From Tubulanus polymorphus (taxonomy: Eukaryota > Animalia > Nemertea), in NCBI RefSeq assembly GCF_964204645.1, contig NC_134029.1, positions 17,354,950 to 17,418,949 of the forward strand: a stretch of DNA of 64,000 nt, in the 5' to 3' direction. The notes under the pieces are model-generated. The model was not told the DNA's origin and ran no database searches. It saw only the letters and a list, made by a program, of their open reading frames with translations. Positions 49,701-64,000 of this stretch are shown piece by piece (position 1 is the first letter of the stretch; the number at the start of each line of letters is the position of its first letter). The translations under genes were made by a program, and so were the position numbers.

Positions 49701-52700
49701 TGATCCACAAACAAACAAATGGAAATACATATCACCGATGGGAACACCAAGGTTAGTGTTTAAAATGAATTTCATGCTCAGTGATGTACATTTCCAAGTT
49801 CAACTACATATCGTAAACCTCTACAAGTTTGGACTTAGTGGGACTGGCAAAATAAGGTTTACAAGTGTTAGGAGTCTTTGTTAAGGATTGCAGATAAAAT
49901 ACTAGATAAAAAAATGATTTCGTTTTCGTCCAAGTTAGTCTGAGTTGGGCATGTCCAAATTAGGCGAGGTTCACTTGGTGCAAGTCCGATTAATGCTCAA
50001 GTTGGAGGAAAAATGTCCTGTTTTGAGATCACTAGGTGCATAGCCCCAGTGAACTATTTTGTCCGTTCATTCATCCATAGACAGAATCTAGATATTTTGA
50101 TGAATCTTGAAGATGCATTGATGAATTGTTTTGATATATGTTAACTGTATCTACAGCCCAAAAGCTAGCCCTCTCAATATCAAGACGGCTGACTGACGAC
50201 CATTGTTGTTCGCTGAAATTGGCACTTTTAGGACACACCATTAAACCAAATGTTGGGTTGCTTGGAAACTAGAAAAATATTATTTTAGGTCTCAATTCAT
50301 AGGCTGCTAGGTTCTCTCAATGGTTTGCCAAATAACAATTGGATTTGAGATGGGTATAGTTTGAAACTAGTTCTTTGGCATATCAGACAGGTTTTTAGCA
50401 CCTTCGTCTCTGGAAGCCTTCGCAGTTCATCAAAATCTGCCAGTTTTAAAGACGCTTCATCAATTTTAGCTCCACTGTGACCGAAGGTCAGCGGAGCTAA
50501 AAATTGCTACTAGTCCTACAGTTTTAATCAGATCAATTCCAAATTTGCTATGAATGTTCTATGGACCAAGGCCTATGAAATTACAGAACCATTTTTTGGA
50601 TTCATCCCCAGGGAGCGCCCCTGGGGGTGGAGTTTCTATTTCTTCAAATCGCTACTAGTCCTACAGTTTTAATGCTGTCAATTCCAAATTCGGTATGAAT
50701 GTTCTATGGACCAATACCTACAAAGTACAGAGCCCTTTTCGGATTTGGCCACAATGGAGCACCCCCAAGGTATGCAGCTTCTATTTCGTCAAATCACACA
50801 GCGGAGCTATAAAAGCTGATAGGCTCCTTGTCTTGATGATTCATACGCATATGATGACTTAAATGTGGCTTATTTTTTCAGACGAGGGATCGCTTTAGCT
50901 AGTCTCGGAGGGCCGTTGTACGCGATTGGCGGATTAGATAATAGCATGTGTTTCAATATAGTAGAACGTTATGATATACAATCTGACTCATGGTCGTGCG
51001 TCGCGTGTATGATTAAACATCGAGGTGGTGTTGGTGTCGCTACTTTAAAAGTAAGTTCATGAAGATGGTGCTGTGAAAAACTTGTTGAACTAAGGAAAAA
51101 AGAGACTCCGCTCGCCATACAGCTAAGTTTTCATGTACCAATTTTGTGACCTATTGTTGCTCTGACAGCCCTGGAATTCGCTTGCTTTGGAGAAAATTTG
51201 ATTTCTACCCGCAAGATGTGAGACTAGTTTTTAGATCTATGGCCATTTTCCCACCGAGTTTGAAAACCCATAAACATTCCCTCTAGAGAATTGCAGTCAA
51301 GAAGGAGATGTGCCAAATATTAATGTCAGTATACCTCAAAATAGGTCTATTTTGTGAAGAAAGGAAATCATTTAGTGTGTACTGGATTTAATTCATTATT
51401 CTTTGCAATATGGTGACTTGAAAATACCCATATCAATATTTTCTCCAGCAAAGTTGGGGAGTGAGTGAGTTTAAAGATGCATAATTTTGTTTTTCTAGGG
51501 TTATTTGTATGCAGTTGGTGGAAATGGTGGAATCAGTTCATGTAATTCAGTTGAGAGATATGATCCGCATTTAGATAAATGGACATATGTAGCATCAATG
51601 CGATATCGGAGGGCTGGTGCAGGAGTATCGACGCTTAATGGTTACCTATATGCTGTTGGTATGTAACATCCATTAGGCCTTAATCGACCTTTTTATCATG
51701 AAGATGATATAAAAGATCGATAGGTACCGGTAACCCTTTCAGTCCTGACACATTAATACCCGAAAGTGCTGGCGATAATTTGAAAACTTTTAAGAACACC
51801 CTAATGTGTGGAATATCAGGCATTAGTTACTAATATTTCAATATGTTTGACAGGTGCTGCCATCTTTTAATAGAGATAAAATATTATTACTAATAACTAC
51901 ACCGCGATGCAGTGTACAAGTGAAGTTCATCACCATTTTAAAAACCACACAATGCAGTGTAGATGCACTGAAAGGGTTAACTCACCAATGATGGCATTTG
52001 AAAACTTTTACTCGGTTATTTGTGAGTAGTTAGGCTTAGTGGTTCATTGGGTTGTTTGACTGTCGGTGTCATAGGGCACATCTCCTCATGTGGAGTTGGG
52101 ATTACCATAGTTTTGGGATTTAACTATTAAGTGATAATTTATCTATAGATTGGTACCTATGCATTCCATAGTTGACAATGACAAGCTCTTTGATTGTGGT
52201 GAGTTTCAAAGGTCATCGGTTTCTGTAATTGTTCGCCAGGGGTATTGAATATTGATATTGTGAGATGTACTGGCATTTCACAAACAAGGCATGGTGTCCC
52301 AGGACTCCTAGTTTATCGAAGTTAACAATCACTCGTTAATGCAGGTGGTTTTGACGATGACAGCCCGCTGGATTCCGTCGAGAGATACGATCCGAAAAAA
52401 GACAGATGGAAGTTGATCGAGAGAATGTCGTGTCCTCGTGGTGGATGTGGTGTAACAACGCTCGGCGGTAAACTCTACGCAGTCGGAGGTCATGATGGTA
52501 CGAATTATCTGAACTCAGTTGAAGCGTACGATCCCATCACAAACACGTAAGTTTTGATTGCCATCCTCGAGTTTTTTACTAACTTAAGATTTTTCTGCCA
52601 TGTGTCAATATGTATTCTGACTTTGATAATACAGTCAACTCCCGGTTATCCGCCACTATCGGGACTTCTACAATTTTGACAGATAATTGAGGGTGGTGGA

Positions 52701-55025
52701 TAAGTGAATTTAGGAAATTTCTTCGAGGCACCGGTAATTAACTCAAAATGTATTCATTATATTAATTTGTTTAAAGCTTCTTTCAATTAACTCATGAACT
52801 GTTTCATTGACCTATGTTATAAAAAGTAGTGAGATGTTTGTTCTATTATTTAAAACATTCATCAATTGTACTCTTGACAATAGTTTGATACTGGTAGTCC
52901 CTGTAGACTAGCATAGATGTTCACATCGGGGAGGGGGATGTTTTACAGGACAACATCTGGAGGTGATAAACAAACAACAGTATCGGTGTATTATACGTAT
53001 ACCAATTGTTGCCGATAAGTGAAGTAGAACTTCGTAACTACACGCGTTAAGTACTTTTGATGATGGCAGATGATTGAACGAAAATGAAATATTATTATAG
53101 ATTTGTTCAGAAAATGATGTGGCAGATGGTGGATATGGAATTCGGCGGAAAATCAGAAGCTAATTATAGTATTGATTTATTTGGGACTAAGAACTTATTT
53201 GGCGGTAGCCGAGAGTGGCCGATAAATGTGGGGAGTTGACTAAATATATGGATTCTGCACTAATAGTTTAACCCATCCGTATCGATCTAGTTCGAATGAT
53301 CTGTTGCCAGTCATTCAATGGTTAGATTTCGATGGATTCCATAGCGACAATTCAGTTTTAAATGTCACTGTCATTTATCCACTGGTTAATAACGTAAATC
53401 AACTTTTGAGCGACTGGTACCTGCTATATGTATTTGTCTAACCGCTATCACGTTAGAGTTCTTGATATTGACTGAAACATCTTCAAGTTCATGCCTTAGG
53501 GGCACGCAAACAAATATTTGCACCTAGAAAGAAATTTTGATAATGCGTTGATGGTTGCGATAACTGATTATGGCTTGGATATTCATGTCCAGTACAGCAT
53601 TCGTATTAATGGCATGTAACAGTTTAAAGTCGTGTTCACACTAAATTTAGTTCATTCCAATTTAAAACGGATGAGGTAAGTGTTCTCACTGGCAAAAGTC
53701 TGCTGAATTGGTCCATACTATTCTAAACGAACTGATTTGAACTGGCCAAAAACAAATATCGATCCAGGTTCCTTCTAACTTTTAGACAAGAGCATATCTT
53801 TGATTGCGGATAGAAACTTAGTTCTTAACACCCTGTCAATCACTCGCTGCTGGACCTAGCAGGACCAGTGATAACAGCGGATGTATGCAGAAAAAACAGC
53901 CATAATTGGATAACGTATAAACTAAACGATAATGTGAACCCAGCTTTGCAACCAATCGCATCGTGATAATATTTGGTGATAATAAGCACATTACTGGATT
54001 ATGCTCAGTGACCACGACTCACGATTGAGTGTAACGGTACTGACGGTTGTTTTATCATGGCATGAAATATCTGCTTGTTTGCCCCTATCAATTAATCTAC
54101 AACCGAGGAGCTGTGGTTCCGAGTTGACTTTAATATTACATTTTTCTACCAGCTTTGAATGTCGACGCTGATTTCTGCTCTTGAAATATTTCACGTACAT
54201 ATGTTTTGTACTTTTTCGGTGTAATATGTTTTATCTGAATGTTAACTTTGCTCACACTCAGTTGGACTCACTTTTGCTCTCACATAGTCAGATTGATGCA
54301 CAAATTGCTTTTAAACCCTTTTGTTACCGAATTCATTTCGATAGTTATCTCCATATTCCGGAGTAATTTGTGACGCTCGACATTCCTTGGAAACTATGAT
54401 TACCGGGGTAAATTTCAGTGAAGACTTATTGTTTAGATCATAAGCGCCTTGAAATGAAAGAATTTTTAGGATATAGGCCTATGGAAAATAACCATATCAG
54501 TTATCATCCTCTTTGTAAAATCCCAATGAAAAGGTGGAAAATATATCGAGAAATTTGTTTTGAATCATAATTTCTAGTATACATGCCATTGCAATAGGGA
54601 CAATTTAGTTGGATGCCCCACCGGTATGTGGTTATGAGACATAATATTCAATACATTAAACTGCAGGCACTTGCAAATCGTATGACCAGGCTATGGGGAG
54701 ACCGGTAACAAAAGGGCTAAGCAGGTTTTCACACTGACGCAAAACTATTGAATTCTATTTTCATATGAACTGTTTTCATCATACATGCAGCTGGACTAGT
54801 TGTAGTAATCTGGACACTTGTCGGGCGGGTGCTGGAGTTGGCATGATACATACTTCTGTCAAGTATCTTATTGAAGTAGCAAAGATTCCTACTTCAGCAG
54901 GTACACCACGATGTATTTATCTCATATATTACATTTTTGGGTGTCTGCATCTCAGTGATGTTTTGTTTGACTGGTTTACAGTTATTTGCATACCTTTTGC
55001 AGTGGAAAGTGGGGTTGATTGGTGA
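46746..55025 (+). CDS. KLHL8: Kelch-like protein 8 (BTB-BACK-Kelch). Exons 46746-47841, 48971-49114, 49640-49751, 50882-51050, 51499-51658, 52345-52546, 54791-54900 and probably 55003-55025
   Basis: BTB (LCDV...[17 protein letters not shown]) and BACK domains. Kelch repeats [59 protein letters not shown] and CRAGAGV match KLHL8 as I recall it. Splice phases are consistent. Confidence 0.9.
50467..50831 (+). mobile_element. HINE/Helentron-like non-autonomous repeat (second family)
   Basis: TAGCTCCACTG...CAGCGGAGCTA subterminal inverted repeats and two ~115-bp internal repeats. Confidence 0.5.
51734..51976. mobile_element. piggyBac-type MITE, copy 1
   Basis: CCCTTTCAGT...ACTGAAAGGG followed by TTAA; homologous to 55103-55378. 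Confidence 0.75.
52632..53242. mobile_element. Tc1/pogo-type MITE remnant
   Basis: TA|CAGTCAACTCCC...GGGAGTTGACT imperfect TIRs. Confidence 0.55.
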
Positions 55026-55102
55026 GAGTTTGTTAAATCTGACTGTATTTTTTCTATGCTGTTTATGAATGCTTTCTGGTGGAAAATTATCATTCTTCTT
55101 AA

Positions 55103-55378
55103 CCTTTTCAGTGCTGACTAATTAACACCCACAAGCGCTGGAGAAAACTTTAAAAATTCTTTGAACAATTCTACCCCAATGCATTGAATAACAGGCATAA
55201 CACTATAATGCACCGCTATGCAATGTATTGTTAGTTACTTATATTTGATTGTGTTTGACAGGTACTGCCATCTTTCATTATAGATAAAAAACTAATAACA
55301 TCAACACACCGTGGTGCGTTGTACAAGCAAAATTCATTGATTTGTACATCGCACTGCAATGTAGATGCACTGAAAGGG
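55103..55378. mobile_element. piggyBac-type MITE, copy 2
   Basis: TTAA|CCTTTTCAGTGC...GCACTGAAAGGG|TTAA. Confidence 0.8.
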
Positions 55379-55899
55379 TTAACCCTTTAAAACCTTATAT
55401 TTATCTGTCAAAACATAATATCTGAGATTAAGTAAAATTACTTGGCATGTGTGGATAGAAACATAATGTCAGGTAAAACGTATCTATATTCAGTTATTTA
55501 ATTCCTACGGAATTTGTATATCGCTAGCAGCTGGAATGTTGTCTGAATTTCTATGCATGCACTTGGTCATCATGATCAACTTTTCTTCTAAATCTTAGGA
55601 TGAAAAAATGGTCAAAAATCACAAAAAACAAGCACTTTTCCAGACAAATTATGCATCAATACTTCATACTTAAAAATGTTAACTACCAAGATACAACTAC
55701 CTTGTCATAGATACAACGTTAATTCCTGGCTTCCTGAGAGAGATCTCACAGCAGCTAGAATCAAACTAGAAATCATCTGGCAGTAACAGAGGGACAAACT
55801 CAAGTTTTACTGTAATTTTAGGCTTGAAATTAGAAATCAACCAAGAAGAGCTGTCATTTATTTATTACGCTATCATTTTACAGGCTTTCTCTTTTTTCT

Positions 55900-57167
55900 T
55901 ATTAGCCCACTTGGGACTTTAGTCCCAGCGGGCTATTGCGTTCACTTTTCGTCCGTCGTCCGTTCGTCCGTCCGTAGACGGAATCCAGTTATTTTGGGAA
56001 GTTTTGAAGATGCTTCAAGATAATGTCTTGATATTTGGGTTACACATGTATCTACCCTAGACACATCTTCAGCCCAAAAACTGGCCCTGTCAGATTCAAG
56101 ATGGCCGACTGGCAGCCATTGTTGTTCGCCAAAGTCAGCACTTTATACACATTTTTGAACTTTTTGAGGGAAATTTTGAAGACGCTTTGATCAATTACCT
56201 TGATCTTTCGGATATATGTGAATTCCCCCAGGGCCCATCAGCATAACAAAAATTGGGTCGATCGGACTCAAGATGGCCGTCCTATGACCTTTTTAGTGCC
56301 CAAAAATGTTAATTTTGGCCCAAATTCTGAGTCCTGTAGCTTCCTACTGGTTTATCATTTCTTATTGCAATTTGTGATGGGTATTCTTTGGAAAGGGATG
56401 TTTTATACCTGAGACAGGTATTTTTCATCAGCCAATTATGACAAAATTGGCGGCCATCTTGGTGTCAGCAGTACTCATTCGTAAGTGGGAAAAATTTTTT
56501 CCACATTATATTGATACCTAAGCGTATTTTGTTACCACAATCAATTAGAAAGTTGTAGCTCATAACGTGTTCTATGATTGTGGTGAGTTTCAAGATCATT
56601 GGTTTTTGTATATGGCCACCAGGGGGTGTTGAATAATGCAATATCTTAGTATTTCTATATTATATTCGTATGAATGCATATTTTGTAACCACAATCAATT
56701 GCAAAGTTGTAGCTCATGACATCATCTATGATTGTGGCAAGTTTTAAGGCCATTAGTTATTCTATATGGTCACCAGGGGGCGTTGAATAGTAGAATAACT
56801 TAGTATTTCCTTATTATATTGGTACCTAGGCATATTTTGTTACCATGATCAATTACAAAGTTATAGTTCGTGACATGTTCTATGATTGTGGTGAGTTTCA
56901 AGGTCATTGGGTTTTGAATATGGTTTCCCGGGGGCGTTGAATAGTAGAATAACTTAGTATTTCCATATTAAAGTGGTAACGAGGCATATTTTGTTATCAC
57001 AATCAATTACAAAATCGTAGCTGCTGACATGTTCTATGATTGTGGTGAGTTTCAAGGTCATTGGATTCTGTATATGGTCACCAGGGGGTGTTGAATATTG
57101 AAATTGTTAGATTGTTGAGCATTTGGAACCACTTCCCAAGTGGGCATGGTGTCCCTGGACCCCTAGT
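55900..57167 (+). mobile_element. HINE/DINE-1-like (Helentron-derived) element with an internal 154-bp tandem array
   Basis: SubTIR GCCCACTTGGGA / TCCCAAGTGGGC, (GTCC)-like microsatellite, four 154-bp units (56526, 56680, 56834, 56988), 3' end GTCCCTGGACCCCTAGT. Fragments at ~48340-48531, ~50040-50390 and ~52120-52311. Confidence 0.75.
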
Positions 57168-58274
57168 CTTTTGAATTATTAAAGCTGCTGAGCTTTCAGT
57201 GTTTTATTGTTTATCATGTATGGGGTTTGATAATCTTGACATATGGGTTCAGATTGTATTTGATATGTATAGTACTGGATGTATATTGGCTTTTGACATG
57301 TAAATTGTTTTTTCGTATAAAATATTCTGGTTCATATGGGTTTTTGGTTTGTAATCATCAGTTTTTTCAATTGCTAATGATTACATTTAATTGGTGTTGT
57401 TGGTTATAGATTTCAACTGAGATATATATATATATATACAATGTACATATATGTCTGTTGTGAATACAGTATGCCTCTTAAGTTTATATTACATGAAATC
57501 CAGACTAATATGTACCTTGGGGTAATAGTTTGACTCTAAGCATATGCCGATGTGTAGTACATCGGCCTATGGGTCGATAAGTGAATTAATTTGGATAATG
57601 GTGATTAAGGTCTTAGAAGCTAAGATTGGATTCAGTTAAAATTATACTACCCACTTCCAAGAGGATAGAATTAAATGAGCTTTGATATCTTGTGAATGGG
57701 AAGGGATATAGGCTGAACCAGCGGATGGAATCTTTTGAAATCTTATTGCATCTTGCCAGCTCATGTAGGGAAAACCCTATTGATTTTTGGGGTTCCACCC
57801 TTCAACAGGGCTGACTGGGGGCCATCTTTTTGTTAATAGGAGCTAATATGAATTCATCACTTCTCACTTCAATTCCTCTTATCTTTTTTTATATATTTAT
57901 GCCATGGCGATTGGGGCCTTAGCCTTTTTTGCTTGTTTAAGTAACAATGGTTATGATACGCCACCAAACAGATGCTAAATTTGCTATGACATTGATTGCC
58001 ACATCCATGATGTTGAGCCAATGTCATGCGCAGCGAAAGGGTTTTCTTCCACACTTCCACAAGCATAAGAAAAGGATAAACCCATTTTGGCTTTATAACC
58101 AACTGACATATTTGTAGTGCCCACCAGGATGAAATTTAATCAATCAGGGTTTATCCATGTCGCCACATCAAGGAAAATAAGAATAAAGGTCCAATGGCCC
58201 TGTGGCTCACCATCAAATCATTGAGTGTATATTGTCAAAAATTTAACGATAGATTAATTTGGATTGCAATCAAA

Positions 58275-58666
58275 TTTCGTAGCTCGGTCCCGTTTGCACC
58301 GGAGTTAACTTCTGATCGAATGCAGGGAGAACCGACCTACGAGTTCCTCTCAGCTCTTCACCTCACCCACGTTCCTATTCAGCAGGATGCAGCTGTGCCG
58401 TTCCTCCTTGCCCCGAACTGTAGAAGCCGGTGGGAAGAATCCTCGAACGACCCCGAACCTGCAGAGTAAACAACACGTAAACTTTGTCAAATGCCACAGT
58501 TTATTCAAGAACGTACTTCACTTCATAGTAATACGAAGACGACTGACGCTGCGGGTCTCCAAGGACGCCAACTCAATTTGGCGGCGCCACTTGCCAGACC
58601 AGTAAAATGACCGCGGCACGGAATTCGGAGTTACATATCGACTCCGGCAAAATCGACACTACGACA
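58275..58666 (-). repeat. 3' LTR (~392 bp) preceded by a polypurine tract (~58669-58679)
   Basis: Minus strand AGGCGGGAGAG-TA-TGTCGTAG...AATAAA...CTACGAAA, with imperfect inverted ends. Confidence 0.7.
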
Positions 58667-58880
58667 TACTCTCCCGCCTGAAGAACATTCCGTCCCGGAA
58701 TGTACCTGGAAATTCTCTTAACCACCTAGGAATAAAGAAACCTGTCACAACTAAAATAACTACCTCCTGCTATAAAACATCCGCACAACCCGGCTAGGTA
58801 TATAACATAAATAAACAAACTAGACAATCTCTGCAGACCATTGCACGGTATCACAAATCAGTAAAATTCACAATAAAATA

Positions 58881-61800
58881 CTATACCGTGCTGACCAGAA
58901 ACTGGACCACAGCATTCAGCAAGCATGCGTTACTGGCTACACTCGCATTTCCGGCCAACGACACCAAATAATCAGCCCCCTCTCGCCATTCAGGCTGAGT
59001 CAAGGACTGGACATACTGGCCCGACTCCATCCAGCCAGGTTTATTTCGCACCCGCTGTGATCTGCGAAGATATACCTCCTTCTCAGGGGACCTGACTTCA
59101 GGAACCTCTGGTGATGGGGCCACTTCCTCCTGCAAGGTCGTACTATCCTCGTCGTGAACAGGAGTCTGAAACTCTATGGGGGGCGAAATGTTATCTACGC
59201 CACTGAGTTCCTCACCACTGTCACTCCGGTTACCCCTGAGTCCGACGTCGGGCATCCTATGAAGAATGAAAAACTCATCTCCTTCTTCATCACTGGATTC
59301 CCCCACCTTACTATCCACAATCGGCGGCTGAGGAATCATTTCCCTAGAGTGTTTTACCCTAGGATTCTCCCCCTCGCGGGGAGGATGAAGCTCTACAGCC
59401 AAGACCCTCAAGAGGTTGCGGTGAACAACACGCCTCTTTTTAGAAACTACGTTTCTGACCTCGTACACCGGTACTTCACCTGCCGGCTTCGATTCCACAA
59501 TGTACGGATCCGCCTCCCATTTGTCAGCGATTTTATGTCTGGTTTTAAACCCAGTACACTTAACCAGTACTAAATCCCCAACTTCCAGAACACCTCCCCG
59601 AGCAGCTTTGTCATATCTGACCTTGTCATAACCCCCGACTGTTTCCATTCTCTCCTTCGCAACTCCCCAAGCATACTCTAGTCTCTCATCAACCGTCTTA
59701 GCGAACTCTCCAACTTCCCCCTCCTCATCAGCCCTCAACCCAAAACGCAAATCCACCGGTAACCGTGGCTGACGACCGAACATCAGATAATATGGCTCAA
59801 AGCCGGTCACCCGATGAGGAGTGCAATTGTACGCAAAGACCAACGAACTAACATAATCCTTCCATCCACCTTTTTTACCCTCCTCCAACGTACCTAACAT
59901 GCCAATGAGAGTGGAATTGAATCTCTCACACGCCCCATTGCCCATGGCATGGTAAGGTGTGGTCCGAGATTTAGTCACTCCGGCCCGCTTGCAGAGTTCC
60001 CTGATCACTTTGCTTTCGAAGTTCTGGCCCTGATCGGAATGCAACACTAACGGGATACCAAACTTGGTAATCACCTGCTCGTGCAAAACCTTTGCAACGG
60101 TAGAAGCGAGTTGATTCCGGGTTGGAAAAGCCCAACAATACTTCGTAAAGTGGTCCATTATTACCAACACATCTTCAACTCCTCCTGATGGCTCGATTTT
60201 CAAATAATCCATACATAACAGCTGAAACGGATATGTGGTAACTATCGAAGAAAGAGGAGCCCGTTCAACCGTTGATTTAAAAAGTACACAGCGTCGGCAC
60301 GAACGTACATAACCCTCCACCTCCGCTCTCATTCCTGGCCAAAAGAAACGATCGCTAATAAGCGCAACTGATTGATCGCGTCCAGGATGAGCCATCTCAT
60401 CATGCAATGACTTTAGCACTGAGGCTCGCTCGGAATTAGGCAGGACCACCTGCCACCTTTCTCCCGTGTTACCTCTCATCCGACGACAAAGTAGTCCATT
60501 TCTCACAGAAAAACCCGCTAAGTACTTTCGATACCGCCTACTCTCACGGGAAGTAAAATTTACTTTCTTCCCGCTGACTAAAGCTTCCCGAATGGGACCA
60601 ATAATGGGGTCTCTCTCCTGGGATTTTAACAAGTCGACCTCCCCGATACCGAAATCAGCCTCCACGAACTTAACGTCGCTAACGACAGACTGGCACACAG
60701 CTGCAAAAACCTCGCCTGATATGTCACAATCCCTGTCGACCTCCAAGTGTTCCGACCTAACCCCACATCCGGACAAGAGATCGGCATCGACATTCAATTT
60801 ACCTCGACGATAAGAAATTTCCAGGTCAAAAACAGACAGAGCCTGAAGCCATCGGTGGCCGGTGGCATCCAGACGCGCCGTCGAAAGGACATATGTCAGC
60901 GGATTATTGTCCGTAAGTACCCGACAACGGTTCCCATAGAGATAATCTCGGATAATTCCGCTCGGTCTTTGATACAGACCTAGAAGCATATGCCACGACT
61001 CGTTTACATCCGTCTTGCTCCTGGTAGAGAACAGCGCCGAGACCAGTTCCGGAGGCGTCGACGTGTAACTCAAATGGCTTCGTAAAATCTGCGAAGCAAA
61101 GCACAGGAGGCGTCGTGAGACAAGAATCAGCTCCCGGAAGCTATTCTCCTGTTCATCTCCCCACTGTACTGAGTTTTTCTCTGAAACTTTTCCTCGTCCC
61201 GATTCAACACCCACCAGTAAATCCGTCAAGGGCTTGGCTATAGACGCGTAAGAGCAAATGAATTTGCGATAAAACCCCGTAAACCCAAGAAATTTACGAA
61301 CCTCCCCAATGGTCTTGGGAGCAGGCCAATCAGAGATAACCTAGATTTTACCGGGATCTGCTTCGATGCCCTCCGACGACAACCTATGCCCTAGATATAT
61401 GAGAGACGAACAACAGAATACACATTTAGCCGGATTAAGCTTGAGCCCTGCTTGGTGCAACCGCTCAAAAACGTGTTGTAAACGGACCAAATGCTGCCTA
61501 AAATCGACCGAATGTACAAGGACATCGTCCAGATAGCATAAGCATTCGCGCATACATAAGTCGCCCAAACATCTCTCCATCAGGCGCTGAAAGGTGGACG
61601 GCGCCCCTGTAAGTCCAAAGGGCATAACGTTGAACTCAAAAAACCCTAAGCCTGGACCAGCAGAAAAGGCAGTTTTTTCTTTGTCGGACTCTTCCATCTC
61701 GACCTGCCAATAACCTGCCTTCAAATCAAGGCTCGAAAAAAGTTTCGCCCCAGACATTGAGTCCAAGAGATCATCGATTCTGGGCAAGCTAAAACTATCG

Positions 61801-63092
61801 CCAACAGTTTTCGAATTCAACGCCCTATAATCGACACAGAACCTCAGCTCACCATTTTTCTTCCTTACCAACACAACAGGTGACGCGTAAGGGCTGGACG
61901 AGTGCCGGGTTATACCCGCATCCAGCATCATCTTCAAATGCTGGCGTACCTCTTCGAACATAGCAGGGGGTACCTGTCGGTACCGTTCTTTGATCGGAAT
62001 CTTATCTTTCAATAAAATACGGTGTCGCACCGTCGATGTGCGCCCGATGTCATCGGCAGACTTGGAAAATAAACCATTCCAACTGTATAGGAAATCTCCC
62101 AACTCTGAAAACTCAGCCTCGCTCAAGGACGTGTCCCTAAAATTAAAAGACGCAAGAAAATCTTTTTTACTCAGATTCTCTGAATCACTCGAATTATTTA
62201 CACAGTTTGTCTCAGCAGTCATACTAAACAAATTACCGCGACCGTTGACAGCTGGCTCGGGACCGTCCCTTGCTGACCAAGCATCAGTCCCGAGCCCTGC
62301 CAAGCGAACCGGCGACACTAAGAAAACATTGGAAACGGGCGTCTTAGCCGGAATACTCACCGGACATGAACCCACATTCCTTAAAACTACCGTCACCCGA
62401 TTCACTCCGTAGCCGTTCAAAGACGACACCGATGGAACCACTGTAAGCGTTCCGGGTAAAACGACCGTAGACTGACAGGTCATCACCGTACTAGCTCTAC
62501 TCAACTCCCCTCGGATGATTCCATGAATTGCAATTTCGCTCATGGGAGGCACTTGTATCGGCTTTGTCGTTTTTACCAGCTCTTCCTCCACTTGCGCCAT
62601 TGACTGGACGCATGCCTTCCAAGGCAGGGGTAACTCATCTACGAGTCCGCGTACCCGTTTCAAGACATTCGTGCCTACGACAACCGGTACTACCCGGTTA
62701 TATTCAGTTTCCGGCACAACCAGCGACAATACCTCGATTTCTTTGTTCCCGATACCGAGTGTCACGACAGTACAACCGAGATAGGGCAACTTATGACCCG
62801 CAGCTGTCGAAACATTCAAGATCCCCTCCAAAGGGTACACTGCCGCACCTATCTGTTGTGCAAACGACACCGTTGACACCATGGCGCCAGTGTCAATCAG
62901 GGCCTTGCAACCGACACTATTTACGAGAACCTCTGTCTCACTGGACGGTCCCAATAACCCTTCTATCAACTCTTCGCGAGACGCAACCGACGGCGATTTA
63001 ATTTCCGACTTGGGCTTTTCACCATGGCGGGGACCAACGCGCCCAGAACGCTGATCCCTTAGGAGTTTAACGGTGGCTGTCCTTTCCCACAA
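58881..63092 (-). pseudogene. pol: Gypsy pol (protease, RT, RNase H, integrase), with a stop at 61341 and RNase H frameshifts
   Basis: LIDTGA, FCVDYRALN, YLDD, VDASG, HHCC zinc finger, MDYL...HSDQG...ERFN. Confidence 0.93.
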
Positions 63093-63151
63093 TCCTGAAA
63101 GTAGTGATCACCAACGACATTACATTTATAACAGGTGTAAGTGGGCGGAGG

Positions 63152-64000
63152 TCAACGCAAACCCATGTCGTTCCTCCACTGAGGACACTCCCTGACAAAA
63201 TGACCAGGCAAATCACACTTGAAACAGCGCTTTGTCGAGATCGGTGGATCAGGGTCAACCGAAACCTTCGTATCGGTCTGACTCCTTCCTTCTACCCCCA
63301 ACCCGAACTGTTCCACCACTCGATCTATATGGTCAACTCGTTTACTTAAGCGATGAATTTCCAGTTCGAACCCATTCAATTTTCTAACTACATCATCTAA
63401 TTTAGCAGCAACATCCTCTAACGAGACTGAAGTTTTATCTTTTGAGGTTGAACTGCGTGCTGCTGCACAACTCCCGACCTTCTGTGTACCGGTGTTGTGG
63501 AAGTCTTTCCTATCATGTCCTCCACACCTCTAGCTTCCAGGACCATGTCAGGGAAACTAGCAGCCGTGGAAAGAGTCGGTCGCAATGCCAGCTTAATCTG
63601 AGAGTCCTTCAGACCGTTACAGAATTGCGATCTTAACATCTCCTCACTTACTCCCAGAACACGACTCTTCAGGGTCTCGAGACGACAGGCCCAAAGGGCA
63701 ACGGATTCCTCGGGTCTTTGTTCCGCAGTAAAAAATGCTGACAATGCCTGAGTCGGAGTCGTTACTGACCCAAACACGGAATCGAATTTCCGCAACACAT
63801 CCTCCGGAGTAACGCTACTGCCCATGCTCAATACAATCTCGGCCGGCAATTCCCGGACCGATCGTCTTATTAGAGCCAAAAGGACGTGATCCGAAATCGC
63901 GGGATCAGTTAATAAACCTTCCACCTGCGACCTCCAGAGTTTATACGTGGTTTCGCCTTTCCGCTCACTTCCAGAGAAATTGTCCAACCGTGGTGAGGAA
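63152..64000 (-). pseudogene. gag: Gypsy gag (PNMA/Arc-like capsid plus CCHC knuckle), broken
   Basis: FSG...YKLWR, Q.PEESV..W..RLE, CFKCDLPGHFVRECP. Confidence 0.88.

Larger units (their letters stand above)
58275..64000 (-). mobile_element. Gypsy/Ty3 LTR retrotransposon, degenerate; 5' end beyond the window
   Basis: Order gag - Zn knuckle - PR - RT - RH - IN, followed by PPT and 3' LTR. Confidence 0.95.

Noticed and set aside
57417-57452. (AT)n tract
   Set aside because: Ordinary microsatellite.

Overview
AT-rich animal (invertebrate-type) genomic DNA with spliceosomal introns. (1) 1-17129 is a nearly full-length, decaying Maverick/Polinton endogenous virus: pPolB, penton, DJR major capsid, packaging ATPase, integrase-chromodomain, HNH-type nuclease and several membrane ORFs. 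Its left tip lies just outside the window. (2) Host genes: a 62-aa secreted Cys-rich peptide resembling APETx/BDS defensin-fold toxins (not called by the ORF track), a spliced DEG/ENaC channel, a single-exon class A GPCR, a GPCR pseudogene and KLHL8. (3) 34110-40188 is a 6.1-kb giant palindrome with the Maverick's termini, a 6-bp TSD and its own small ORFs, but no polymerase, capsid or integrase. A related 547-bp mini-element is at 44471-45017. (4) Assorted MITEs, Helitron/HINE copies and a Gypsy LTR retrotransposon (58275 to the window end). Best candidate for an undescribed system: a tiered Maverick / palindromic satellite / mini-element family with fold-back termini and poxvirus-late-promoter-like TAAATG gene starts. 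All calls were made by eye; no database searches were run.
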